Part shown: positions 37,613 to 47,167 of the stretch, in pieces
How the letters are laid out: each line of letters begins with the position of its first letter
Numbering within the stretch: position 1 is the first letter of the stretch
Assembly (NCBI GenBank): GCA_963675745.2
Contig: CAXXWX010000014.1
Coordinates: 1-47,167, forward strand
Source of the DNA: Phycisphaerae bacterium
GTDB taxonomy: Bacteria; Planctomycetota; Phycisphaerae; UBA1845; Fen-1342
Length of the DNA stretch: 47,167 nucleotides
Reading direction: 5' to 3'
Made by a program: the position numbers and the translations under genes
The notes under the pieces: generated by a model
What the model saw: only the letters and a program-made list of their open reading frames with translations
Databases searched by the model: none
What the model was told of the DNA's origin: nothing

Positions 37613-38503
37613 CTACTCCGCTTGGGCAAACTCATCCAGACACTCCTGTTGGACCAGCAGTCCATACGCCTCACGCAGCTCTTCGAAAACGGGGCCGGGC
37701 TTTTCTTCGCCGATGCGTTGGCGCCCGAGGCGCACGATCGGCATCACCTCCATCATGCTGTTCGTCAGCAGCACTTCTTCCGAGCCCAGCACATCTTCGA
37801 TGTTCAGGGCGCGCTCCTTGACCGGGATGTTCAGGCGCTCGGCCAATTCCATTACGGCCGCACGCGTGATCCCCGGCAAAACAGGTGTATCGAGCGGCGG
37901 CGTCACCAGCTCCTCGTTGTTGAACAAGAGCACGTTGCTGATCGCGCCCTCCGCGAGATTATCATCAACCGTGAGCCACAACGCCTCCACGGCGCCGACG
38001 GCGTGCGCCGCGCGCAACGACGCCATCCGCGAGAAATAGCTGGTCGTTTTGTGGCCCACCGTCGGGTCCAGCGGATTCTGCCGATACTCCGACACCACCG
38101 CCGTGGCGCCTTGTGTATACATCTCCTGCGGATAACGCGCGCCGGCCGAGGCCGTCGCGACGATGGTCAGGGCGGGGTGGTTGCGCTCGGTCACGTGCAG
38201 CGAGCCGGTTGTAACGGTCAGCCGCACACGCAGCTCGTCCCCCCCGGTGGCGGCCACGACCTTGTCGATCGCGTCGATTAGATCGTCAGTGTCGGGCACA
38301 ACCGACCAGCCGAGCGCCACCGCCGAGTTCGTCAACCGCGCCAGGTGCTCGTCGAGCCGGAAGACGCGCCCGTGATACGTGCGCATGGTCTCGAACAGCC
38401 CGATACCCTGCATGAACCCGGAGTCGAACACGCTGACGCGCGCTTCATCTTCCGGCACGACCCGCCCATTCAGGCAAACCCACTCGCGAGATTCCGGCGG
38501 CAC
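37613..38503 (-). CDS. PLP-dependent class IV aminotransferase, probably 4-amino-4-deoxychorismate lyase by context
   Basis: VSVFDSGF..G.GLFETMR, HLARL..S, PLP lysine HKTTSY, EGAISN, LPGITR, LTNS. Directly downstream of pabB. GTG start at 38503. Confidence 0.82.
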   Translation of the reverse strand: MPPESREWVCLNGRVVPEDEARVSVFDSGFMQGIGLFETMRTYHGRVFRLDEHLARLTNSAVALGWSVVPDTDDLIDAIDKVVAATGGDELRVRLTVTTGSLHVTERNHPALTIVATASAGARYPQEMYTQGATAVVSEYRQNPLDPTVGHKTTSYFSRMASLRAAHAVGAVEALWLTVDDNLAEGAISNVLLFNNEELVTPPLDTPVLPGITRAAVMELAERLNIPVKERALNIEDVLGSEEVLLTNSMMEVMPIVRLGRQRIGEEKPGPVFEELREAYGLLVQQECLDEFAQAE

Positions 38504-38568
38504 GATTTCTCCCTCTTGATCAATCCAACGCGGCGCCGCGCATCGCGGATCTCGCGTGAATCTTCGGC

Positions 38569-40116
38569 TCAACCCGGCATTCTGACACCGTCCGCCGTTA
38601 CCCGCAACGCATCGAGGATTCCGCCGGCCTTTGCGAGTGTCTCCTCGTACTCATCGCCCGGATCGGAGTCGGCCACGATCCCCCCGCCGACGTACAGCGT
38701 CGCCAGGTCGTCGCGCATTTGCAGTGTGCGAATCGCGACATTGAACGTCATCCGGCCATCAAGTCCGAGCACGCCGACCGCGCCGGTGTATGCGCACCGC
38801 GCGACCGGCTCAAGCTCGTCGATAATCTGAATCGCGCGGATCTTCGGTACGCCGCTGACCGAGCCGGCCGGAAAGCACGCGGCGAGCACGTCCAGCGCGT
38901 CGCGTCCGGGCGCGAGCTGCCCAACCACGTCGGCCACCGTGTGAAAAACGCTCGGGTGCGTTTCGAGCCGCCGACGCTCGGCGACGCGAACAGAACCATA
39001 GCGACACACGCGGCCCAGATCATTACGGTGCAGATCGACGATCATGGTCAGCTCGGCGCGGTCCTTCTCCGACGCCAGTAATTCCTCGCGCGCGGCATCA
39101 TCAAGCACGACATCACGCCGGCGCGGGCGTGTTCCCTTGATCGGGCGCGTCAGCACGCGTTGCCCAGCCACATTCAGAAACAGCTCGGGCGAGGCGGACA
39201 ACACGGCCTTATCGTCCCATTTCAGCAGCGCGGTGTATGGCGCGGGATTGTGCTGGTGGATCGTGGCCAGCATCGTCAACGCATCCGGCAGGCGCTCCAG
39301 CTTCAGCCGCTGACAGAGGTTGACCTGGTAGATGTCACCCGCGGCGATATACGCCAGGGCTCGCGCGATCATCGGCTCGTATGCACGGCGCGGCATTTCG
39401 AATGTCAGCCGCGGCGGCGCGATCACTGGTACGGCGTCGTGGGCGTGCGCAACGGCCTGCCAGCGCGCCACCAGCGATTCAGGCGGCTGCGGCGTCAAAC
39501 CCAGATCGCCACGCAAGCCGGCGGCGTGCACCAACCAGGCCCGTCGCTCCAGGTTGTCGAGCACGACCCCGGAGTCGTAGAGCGCCAGTCTCATCAACGG
39601 CAGACCAAGATCTTCATGGCGACTGGCGGGCAGACGTTCGAGATGCCGGCCCATCTCGAACCCAACATATCCGACCCATCCCGGCGAAATAGCCTGAGAC
39701 AACGGCGCATAGCGCGGTAGTCGATCGTGTGCGCGCCGCCAGAGCGCCCAGCCGCTGACGTCGCGTTCCACAACCCGTCGGCCAATGGTGAGCTCGGCGG
39801 CGTGGCCCTCATACTGCTGAATCACGGCGACGGGCTCAATACCGAGGAATGCGTACCTGGCCGGCGGCCCGTCCAGAATTCTGCTTATCGGACTACCAAG
39901 CCACGCCAGCTCGCCCGCACCGGCATAGGCCCGCGCTGAGCCCACCGCATCAGCGGGGTAAGCCACTACCTGTCTGTACCACTGGCCGGCCAACTGTCGC
40001 TCCACCACACGCCCCAGCTTCGCAAGTATAGCCGCACCCACCGGCCAGACACACCGACGCCGCCCACATGTGCATCCGCAAGCCCGCCAACCGGGTATAG
40101 TGCCGGGGGACCACAC
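38569..40116 (-). CDS. pabB: Aminodeoxychorismate synthase component I (PabB/TrpE family)
   Basis: GWVGYVGFE, GDIYQVNL, SASPELF, PIKGTRPR (PabB-type Lys; TrpE has PIAGT), MIVDL.RNDLG, FPAGSVSG.PK, GGGIVADS. True start is probably downstream (e.g. about 40008). Confidence 0.85.
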   Translation of the reverse strand: MWSPGTIPGWRACGCTCGRRRCVWPVGAAILAKLGRVVERQLAGQWYRQVVAYPADAVGSARAYAGAGELAWLGSPISRILDGPPARYAFLGIEPVAVIQQYEGHAAELTIGRRVVERDVSGWALWRRAHDRLPRYAPLSQAISPGWVGYVGFEMGRHLERLPASRHEDLGLPLMRLALYDSGVVLDNLERRAWLVHAAGLRGDLGLTPQPPESLVARWQAVAHAHDAVPVIAPPRLTFEMPRRAYEPMIARALAYIAAGDIYQVNLCQRLKLERLPDALTMLATIHQHNPAPYTALLKWDDKAVLSASPELFLNVAGQRVLTRPIKGTRPRRRDVVLDDAAREELLASEKDRAELTMIVDLHRNDLGRVCRYGSVRVAERRRLETHPSVFHTVADVVGQLAPGRDALDVLAACFPAGSVSGVPKIRAIQIIDELEPVARCAYTGAVGVLGLDGRMTFNVAIRTLQMRDDLATLYVGGGIVADSDPGDEYEETLAKAGGILDALRVTADGVRMPG

Positions 40117-40206
40117 GAACCGTTGTGGCTATTGACTGGCGTGGCATAATTCGAGCGGCTAGGATGCAGACGTAGTCGCGCAACCGCTGGAAACGGGAGT
40201 TAGACA

Positions 40207-40437
40207 ATGAAGCAGGGACGTTATGCAAAGCTGTGGGTCTGGCTGGCCGGCTTGACCGGCAGCGCGCTCATACTCGAGGGCTGCGACCCGCAAATCCGCG
40301 CCACCGTCGAAGACGGAATCATCACCACCAGCACCGCGCTGTTCAGCTCGTTTCTCCAGGCGATTCTGCAAGTCAGCCAGGAAGACACCACCACAGCCAG
40401 GCTGATCAGCGACGCCGTCGCGCCGTTTCTGGCATAG
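40207..40437 (+). CDS. Small putative lipoprotein (76 aa)
   Basis: GGGAG RBS, basic N-terminus, hydrophobic stretch, lipobox-like LEGC, then an amphipathic helix. Confidence 0.7.
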   Translation: MKQGRYAKLWVWLAGLTGSALILEGCDPQIRATVEDGIITTSTALFSSFLQAILQVSQEDTTTARLISDAVAPFLA

Positions 40438-40456
40438 GACCGCGGACCCGCCCTGG

Positions 40457-40756
40457 TCAGTGCTGGCGGAATTCGTCTTCGAACCCCTCGGTTGAGTGCC
40501 ATTGCCCCATGCGATGGAAGGTTGTGCGGCTGCGCATCCGCCAACCGAAACCGATCATCGAGACGCCCCCGAGAATCAACAGCGCGGCGATCACGTACTC
40601 GACCAGGTTGGGCACAATAAAAATCAGCACGCCGACCAGTATCAGGAACACGCCCAACACTACCGGTCCGAGCCAGGTCGCGGCCGCCTGGTTACCTGAC
40701 AAGTACACGCGCACAGTTGACTCCAGTCGATCCTCTGCCTGACGGGGCACTTCCAC
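40457..40756 (-). CDS. Small membrane protein (two TM helices)
   Basis: LGPVVLGVFLILVGVLIFIVPNLVEYVIAALLILGGVSMIGFGW hydrophobic hairpin. Start uncertain. Confidence 0.6.
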   Translation of the reverse strand: MEVPRQAEDRLESTVRVYLSGNQAAATWLGPVVLGVFLILVGVLIFIVPNLVEYVIAALLILGGVSMIGFGWRMRSRTTFHRMGQWHSTEGFEDEFRQH

Positions 40757-40810
40757 TGCAGCGCCCGACCCCCGAGTCGGACTTTGTCGCAGGCGTTACC
40801 GACCATCGGA

Positions 40811-41440
40811 TCACGGCCGACTCGGGGGTCGGCCGCCACGGTTCATTGCCTCAAGCCGCGCTTCAACCGTTGGCCGCAGAAACGCGCCGTCCAGTTGTGC
40901 GCCGCCGGCGACAAACTCGCCCGTCGTACCATCCACGAGAAACATCGCCGGGATTGCCTGAACATTGTACCGCCGCGCTATGCTGTCCGACTCGCGCAGC
41001 ACGTGGGTCCATGACATCTCCCGCTGGGCAACATAGGTGCGCAAGCGCTGCTCAGTCATTCCGCCGCCATCAAGGTTGACGCTGATGATGACCAGGCCCT
41101 GGTCGGCGAATTCCTCGTGTAGTTCGCGCAAGCGCGGAATCGCGCCGACGCACGGCGCGCACCAAGTTGCCCAGAACTCCACCAACACCAGCTTGCCGCT
41201 GTAATCGCTCGGAAAACGCACAGCCCCGCCACTAAGCGAGACGGTCTCGAACGCCGGCGCCTGTTTGCCGACCAGATTCGCCGGCATACCGGGCGTTAAG
41301 CCGAGCAGGGCGCGAAGCTGACCCGAATATGCCACCAGACCAGCCGCGATCATGAACAGCGCAACGATGAACAGCGGATTCAGCCTGCGTGGCTGGCCCG
41401 CACTCCCGGCGTTTGGATTGGCAGATTGCTGGTCGCTCAT
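40811..41440 (-). CDS. TlpA/ResA-family thiol-disulfide oxidoreductase
   Basis: N-terminal TM, GKQAPAF, GKLVLVEFWATWCAPC, ISVNLD, YNVQAIPAMFLVD. Confidence 0.9.
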   Translation of the reverse strand: MSDQQSANPNAGSAGQPRRLNPLFIVALFMIAAGLVAYSGQLRALLGLTPGMPANLVGKQAPAFETVSLSGGAVRFPSDYSGKLVLVEFWATWCAPCVGAIPRLRELHEEFADQGLVIISVNLDGGGMTEQRLRTYVAQREMSWTHVLRESDSIARRYNVQAIPAMFLVDGTTGEFVAGGAQLDGAFLRPTVEARLEAMNRGGRPPSRP

Positions 41441-41463
41441 TTGCCCGTGTCGTCCGAGTCTCC

Positions 41464-41545
41464 GTGGCACCGGTTTTCAACCGGTGAGTAACACAGGTTA
41501 CAAACCTGTGCCACACGAGTAACACAGGTTACAAGCCTGTGCCAC
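41464..41545. repeat. GTGG-family REPIN with duplicated arm
   Basis: GTGGCACCGGTTTTCAACCGGTG (41464-41486) faces CACAGGTTACAAACCTGTGCCAC (41492-41514), which is repeated 31 bp later (41523-41545). Confidence 0.8.
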
Positions 41546-41635
41546 AGGTTTCGGATAGGTTCTAATGTTATCGTAGTCCACCCGGCCGGTCCGGGGAGAC
41601 GACGACGATCATCCGCACTGGCAGAGTATGGCACC

Positions 41636-42794
41636 ATGACAGCTCCCGCAACCGGCTCCATTCCCGACACACGGCTCGAATCGATTCGCGCCAAGATTCA
41701 ACGCGAGCAGCGATTGGATTTCGACGATGGAGTCGCCCTGTTCAACACGCGCGATATCTTCACGCTCGGCGAGTTGGCCAACATCGTGCGCGAGCGCAAG
41801 CACGGCCGCCGGGCCTATTACAACATTAACCGGCACATCAACTACACGAATCTGTGCGTGCTGCGGTGCAAGTTCTGCTCGTTCTACCGGCCCTACAGCA
41901 CGCGCGGCGGGCAGCCGGACGACGCCTACGAAATGACGATCGAGCAGATTGTCGGATGCCGCCCACGAGGCCGCGGCGCGCGGCGCCACCGAGGTGCACA
42001 TTGTGGGCGGCCTGCACCCCAAGCTGCCATTTTCCTACTACACCGACATGTGCCGGGCAATCAAGACGCGCTGCCCCGACCTGCACATCAAGGCCTTTAC
42101 GGCGATCGAAATCGTGCATTTCGCGCGCATCGCCCGACCGCGCCAGACGATCAGTGAGGTTCTCTCGGCGCTGCGCGACGCGGGCCTGGACAGCCTGCCC
42201 GGCGGTGGCGCCGAGATATTCGATGACCGGGTACACGATGAGGCGTTCAAGAACAAGGTCGGCGAAAAGCACTGGTTTGACGTACACCGCGCCGCCCATG
42301 AGCTGGGCATCCCGTCAAATGCAACCATGCTGTACGGCCACGTTGAGTCAGGCGCCGAGCGCATCACACACCTGATCAAGCTCCGCGAACATCAGGACGA
42401 ATCCCTGCGCGATCGGCAGGCGGCGTTCAACTGCTGCGTGCCGCTCTCTTTCGTCCCCGAAGGCAGCTCCCTGGCCCACTTGCCCGGCCCGACCGGATTG
42501 GACGATCTGAAGACGCTGGCAATCGCGCGGCTGATGCTCGACAACTTCCCGCATATCAAGGCTTTCTGGATCATGCAATCACCCAAGCTGGCCCAGGTCG
42601 CACTCAACTGGGGCGTGGATGATTTTGACGGCACGGTAACCTGGTACGACATCACCAAGCGCGAAGGCCAGGGCACGAACCGCCAGGAATTGAGCATCGA
42701 TCAGATCAAACGCCTGCTCCAGGAAGCCGGCTGCGAGCCGGTCGAGCGCGACACGCTGTACCGCCCCGTCAACCGCGACGCCGCCCCATCATGA
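41636..42794 (+). CDS. mqnE: Aminofutalosine synthase MqnE (CofH/MqnE radical SAM), one extra G near 41954
   Basis: NRHINYTNLCVLRCKFCSF in the 5' ORF. EVHIVGGLHP, IKAFTAIEI, SLPGGGAEIF, SNATMLYGH and ARLMLDNFPHIKAFW in the 3' ORF. Removing one G from GTCGGAT joins them into 385 aa. Confidence 0.85.
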
Positions 42795-42946
42795 ATGCGA
42801 TCGGGCGCGGGTAAGCCGGTCTCCCCTTCCGTTGAGCGCGCCGACATGCACGGCTCAGGCGGGTGGCGGCGCAATTGCCCTTGGCAACGGGCGGAGAGCG
42901 CCGCCCGGGGAAGACTCGCACCGCGCAGATCGGGTACACTCTCCGC

Positions 42947-43285
42947 GTGTGCCACGGCGCTTGAGCAGTGCGACCCGGTTACGGCGTGTGCCACTGCTCT
43001 TGAGCAGTGCGGCCCCGGAGCCGGCGCGCATACGCAGGCATGCCGGCGTTCGACGGCCTGCGAGGCGCAGGCCGCTACAGTGCGCGCAGGCCGCTACGGT
43101 GCCCACTGGTCTTGAGCGGTGCGACCAGGGCCTGTCGCGCGTACGCACGCGTGCCGGCGTTCGACGGCCTGCGAGGCGCAGGCCGCTACAGTGCGTGCCA
43201 CTGCTCTTGAGCAGTGCGACCTGGAGCCGGCGCGCATACGCAGGCATGCCGGCGTTCGACGGCCTGCGAGGCGCAGGCCGCTACA
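42947..43285. repeat. BIME-like mosaic of two REP families
   Basis: GTG(TG)CCACTGCTCTTGAGCAGTGCG-type copies at 42947, 42986, 43099 and 43195 alternate with inverted GTAG-REPs at 43050, 43161 and 43256, joined by conserved linkers. Confidence 0.88.
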
Positions 43286-43338
43286 CAGATAGCCAGACGG
43301 CCGGTCTCACGGTCCTCTCGCAGGGAGATGCCCACCCC

Positions 43339-45172
43339 ATGCAAGCGCCTGATTACGCATTTCTTCGGCACGCCGGTCGTATCCTCAACTCGGGGCAAGC
43401 CCGCACGCTGGTTTTCACCGGGGCGATCGAGGATCTGTATTTCCTCAAGCCTGACACGGGCGGCCTGGGAGACGAAGACGGCGAGTACGTCCCCTTGTTG
43501 ACCTACCTCACGACGCAATGGGATGTGTCGGACCGGATACTCGTCGTTTACGAATTGAACGGCCCGATCCGTTTCCTGCACGAGGCCGACAAGGACAAGG
43601 TCAAGGACGCCTGGCTGAAACTACGCACCGGACTCGACGCGAACCAGATCGCCGTCCGCAACATGCTCGAGTCGGGCCGCGTTCACGCCGAGCTGTCCGC
43701 GATGAGCACGGCTTTTGATACCCATCTGGATAGCGCGATCGGCAAGCCAACGCTGGCACTCGAACTGCTGCGCCAGATGTGCCTGGCCTCGCGCACCGAG
43801 ATCGGCGGTCAGCGTCCGCTGGCTGAAAGCCTGATCGTGTTCGTCGAGGCGGCCGATCTGGTGATCCCCGAGGCCGAGATCACGCGTCTGTCAGATGCCG
43901 ACCGTCATCGCATCGCGATCTGCCAGGATTGGTTCTCCGACCCCGGATTCAACGCCGGTAGCGACGCCGTCATTCTGCTGGCGGAGTCGCGCAGCGTGCT
44001 GAACCATCGCATCGCGCAGATGCCGCAAGTGCTGGAAGTGCGGGTCGACACGGCCGACCAGCCCGCGCGTCACCATTTCATCGATTGGTTCGACCAGCGT
44101 CAGCCGGCCGAGAGACGCGTGAAGTATGAAGGTTCGCACGAGGACCTGGCGCAACTGACCGCCGGCCTGTCGATCCACGCCCTCAGCCAATTGCTCAAGG
44201 GGGGCTGCTATGCGGGCCAGACACTCACCAGCGGGCACGTGGTCGGCAAGGTGGAGGAGTACATCAAGAGCCAGCTCGGCGAAGACATAATCGAGTTCAA
44301 GAAACCGGCCCACACGCTCGACGACGTCGTGGGCTTCACGCAACTGAAGAGCTTTCTGCGCGACGAGCTGATCCCGCGCTTTCGCTCCAGCGGGCCCGAT
44401 GCTCTGCCCGGCGCGGCCGTCGCCGGACCGATCGGCGGGGGGCAAGACGTTCATCTTCGAAGCGCTGGCCGCCGAGCTGGGCGTGGTGGTTCTGGTGCTC
44501 AAGAACATCCGCAGCCAGTGGTTCGGCCAGACCGACGTGATCTTCGAGCGTCTGCGCCGCGTGCTCAACGCGCTTTCCAAGGTGTTGATATTCGTCGACG
44601 AGGCCGACACGCAGTTCGGGCGTGTCGATGCCGAGGCCCACGCAACCGAACGCCGTCTGACCGGTAAGATCCAGGCGATGATGTCCGACCCGCAGTTGCG
44701 CGGCCGGGTGGTCTGGTTGCTGATGACGGCGCGCATCCATCTGCTGTCGCCCGACATTCGCCGTCCGGGCCGCACCGGTGATCTGATCATCCCGGTGCTC
44801 GACCCAACAGGGGATGATCATCTCGAATTCGCGCGTTGGAGTGTGGCGAAAGTGATTGATGCTCCGCTCGGCGAGCCGGAGCTTGATAAGCTGCGCGGCG
44901 CCACCACCGGGTATGCCGCCGCCAACTTCGCGTCTCTGCGCGCCGAGCTGATCGGTCGCGCCAGGGGCGGCAAGCTCACGGTCGAGGAAATCCTCGAAGT
45001 TGTGCGCGACATAATCCCGCCCGACATCGTCAAGACGCGCCGCTACCAGACGTTGCAGGCTCTGCTCAATTGCACGCGGCGCCGCCTGCTGCCGGATGCC
45101 GACGTCGACGAGGAGCAGCGCGAGCAGTGGCGGCGGGAGATTCTCGAACTCGAGATGGAAGGTATTCAATGA
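43339..45172 (+). CDS. AAA+ ATPase (SpoVK/Ycf46-like architecture), one extra G in a G6 run at 44437-44442
   Basis: ATG 43339 with GGGAG RBS. Removing one G gives Walker A GPIGGGKT in frame with IRSQWFGQT, Walker B IFVDEAD and RRPGR arginine finger. Degenerate N-terminal AAA module (VFVEAAD). Confidence 0.85.
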
Positions 45173-46212
45173 CAACGCCGTCCACCGGACCGTCGAACGT
45201 ATCGCAGACGGCTGACGCCGCCATCGCCAAGGCCACGCGCGCCTCCGGCAAGACCTATGTATTCGCCGAGCAACACGACCCCCGCCAACCGATCGATTGC
45301 TGGTTCCAGAACAGCGACGAAGGGCTGGTGCTGTTCGTCGTGTTCTATACGCAGGCCTGTCGCTGGTCGCTGTGCAGCGGCTGCAACCTGCCTTCGGTCT
45401 CGTCACAACACCATGTCGGCTACCAGGCGATCATCGGGCAGATCGACAACGTGCTCGGCCACTCCATGGTCAGGCCGCGCCTGGCGGACATCCGCAAGGT
45501 GATCGTCAGCAACAACGGATCGGTGCTCGACGAGGTGACCTTTCCATCCACCGCCCTGATGTACCTGATCACGCAGCTCAATCTCCACCTGCCGGCGATG
45601 GACACACTGAGTTTCGAGACGCGACCGGAGTACGTCGACATCGAGGAGCTGCTGTTCCTCTCGCGCGCGATGTGCGAACGAAAACAGCCGGCAACGGTCG
45701 AGCTCGCCGTCGGGTTTGAGGCCCTGGACGACAACATCCGCAACCGGCTCTTCCGCAAAGGACTGACGCTGGCAACGTTTGAGCAGTTGGTGGACAAGCT
45801 GCGTGAACCGCAGTTCCGCCTGAAGTGCTACTTCATGCTCAAACCGGTCGCCGGCCTGAGTGACGAGCAGGCGGTGGAGGACATCCACCGGGCCATCGAT
45901 TACCTGGACGAGACCGCCGGCAAGTACGGCGTAACGATCAATATGCACCTCAACCCGACGTACGTGGCCGGCGGTACACGATTGGCCGAGGCCTTTGCCG
46001 ACGGTGAATACGCACCCCCGCGCCTGTCTGACGTCGTCCGGGCCGTGCTCCATGGTGAGGGCAAGCGTATCACCATTTTCGCTGGTCTGAATGACGAGGG
46101 GCTCGCCGTTGCGGACGGCTCCTTCATCCGTCGCGGCGATGGACCGCTGATCGAGGCCCTTGAGTCATTCAACCGCACGCAGGACTATGACGCGCTGCGT
46201 CAGGCGTTGTAG
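45169..46212 (+). CDS. Radical SAM protein resembling the archaeal RaSEA/TIGR01210 family
   Basis: ATGA overlap with the AAA gene. CRWSLCSGC (CX4CX2C), NNGSVLD, FETRPEYV, ELAVGFE, YFMLKP, LNPTYVAGGT, GEYAPP.L. Confidence 0.75.
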   Translation: MTTPSTGPSNVSQTADAAIAKATRASGKTYVFAEQHDPRQPIDCWFQNSDEGLVLFVVFYTQACRWSLCSGCNLPSVSSQHHVGYQAIIGQIDNVLGHSMVRPRLADIRKVIVSNNGSVLDEVTFPSTALMYLITQLNLHLPAMDTLSFETRPEYVDIEELLFLSRAMCERKQPATVELAVGFEALDDNIRNRLFRKGLTLATFEQLVDKLREPQFRLKCYFMLKPVAGLSDEQAVEDIHRAIDYLDETAGKYGVTINMHLNPTYVAGGTRLAEAFADGEYAPPRLSDVVRAVLHGEGKRITIFAGLNDEGLAVADGSFIRRGDGPLIEALESFNRTQDYDALRQAL

Positions 46213-46421
46213 CGACCGGTTTCCTGAGCGGCATCAGACAAGTGACGGCCGGAGCCCCGCCGGCCGACGGACATCGCAACGCCGCCGTAAAGCCAACGGC
46301 CCGCGCCACTCCTGCCTCGTCGTGATGATCAACTCACCGATCGCCGGTTGGCGGCCGATGCCGAAATTGGTTTAGAATGTGCCGCGACATCGCGTCACGA
46401 CACCAGGAGGCCGACCGAGAT

Positions 46422-47167
46422 ATGAACACTGTTACGCCGCTTTGGACACCGTCGCCGCAACGCCGGGAAAACTCGCAAATGCGCTCGTTCCAGCGGCGGA
46501 TTGTCGAGAAGTTCGGCATCGCCGACGAATGGGAGGCGCTGCGCGCCTGGTCGCTGGAGCATAGTCCCGAGTTCTGGAACGAGCTGCTCGAGTTTGTCGG
46601 CGTCATGCCCAGCGCGCCCGCCGAGGCGATCCGCACCGGTGAGGGCATGCTCGACACCAAGTGGTTTCCCGGCATGACGCTCAACTACGCGCGCCAGATG
46701 TTGCGTTTCACAGGTGAAGAGCCAGCCCTGTTGTTTGAGAGCGAACGCGACCTGCGCCGCACAATCTCGCGTAACGAGCTGCGCGCCGAGGTGGCCCGCT
46801 GTGCGGCGGCATTGAAACATGACGGTGTCGAGGCGGGAGACCGCGTGGTCGGCTTCATGCCGAACGTGCCCGAGACGGTCATCGCCATGCTCGCCGCCGC
46901 CAGCCTGGGAGCCACCTGGTCATCGTGCAGCCCCGACTTCGGAGTGCGCGGCGTGCTCGACCGGTTTGGCCAGATCGCACCGACTGTGCTGTTTGTCGCC
47001 GATGGCTATACATACAACGGCAAGCCGCACGACGCGCTGGAACGGGTGCGCGGCATGCTCGCGGAACTGCCCAGCATCAGACGCGTCGTGGTCGTCCCGT
47101 TTGTCGAGCAACGGCCCAGCACCGCCGGGCTGAAAGATGCTCTGCTGTGGCGCGATTATCTCGGCCC
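46422..47167 (+). CDS. Acetoacetate-CoA ligase (5' part, runs off the window end)
   Basis: AGGAGG RBS. Manual translation MNTVTPLWTPS...WFPGMTLNYA...GDRVVGFMPNVPETVIAMLAAASLGATWSSCSPDFGVRGVLDRFGQIAP.VLF.ADGY.YNGK. Confidence 0.9.
   Translation, partial: MNTVTPLWTPSPQRRENSQMRSFQRRIVEKFGIADEWEALRAWSLEHSPEFWNELLEFVGVMPSAPAEAIRTGEGMLDTKWFPGMTLNYARQMLRFTGEEPALLFESERDLRRTISRNELRAEVARCAAALKHDGVEAGDRVVGFMPNVPETVIAMLAAASLGATWSSCSPDFGVRGVLDRFGQIAPTVLFVADGYTYNGKPHDALERVRGMLAELPSIRRVVVVPFVEQRPSTAGLKDALLWRDYLG

Noticed and set aside
38569..40116. Anthranilate synthase TrpE
   Set aside because: The PIKGT motif and the adjacent class IV lyase-like gene favour PabB, and no trp genes are nearby.
42947..43285. 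CRISPR array, or a repetitive N-terminal extension of ORF 42832..44667
   Set aside because: Linkers are repeated rather than unique. The repetitive peptide is translated REP DNA. The AAA gene has a better start at ATG 43339 with an RBS.

Overview
High-GC bacterial chromosomal segment. Cys-containing dockerin-like tails, ECF/anti-sigma architecture and REP-rich intergenic DNA suggest Planctomycetota, probably Phycisphaerae (inference). From left to right: (1) a minus-strand PerR/Fur-led peroxide-stress cluster (di-heme cytochrome c peroxidase-like protein, small ferritin-like protein, rubrerythrin, rubredoxin fused to a glutamate synthase FMN domain); (2) an ECF sigma factor and a membrane anti-sigma with LolA-like and SecDF-head-like domains; (3) a second ferritin-like protein; (4) secreted dockerin-bearing proteins (CBM-GH31, GH15-like, and a putative clan CD cysteine protease with TSP3 repeats) mixed with peptide-catabolism genes (M19 dipeptidase, L-Ala-D/L-Glu epimerase, CPBP protease, GNAT); (5) HTH-PTS IIA, an unannotated 53-aa protein, rpsU and 5-oxoprolinase; (6) an RND efflux pair, a heme-c sensor kinase, a parvulin PPIase, Nif3, a class IV aminotransferase and PabB; (7) TlpA, MqnE, an AAA+ ATPase coupled to a RaSEA-like radical SAM gene, and a truncated acetoacetate-CoA ligase. 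At least six REP/REPIN-type palindromic repeat families sit between genes. No rRNA, tRNA, CRISPR array or transposase was recognised. Three genes carry single-base indels in G/C runs, most likely assembly errors. Family calls come from motifs I recognised by eye; no database searches were run.
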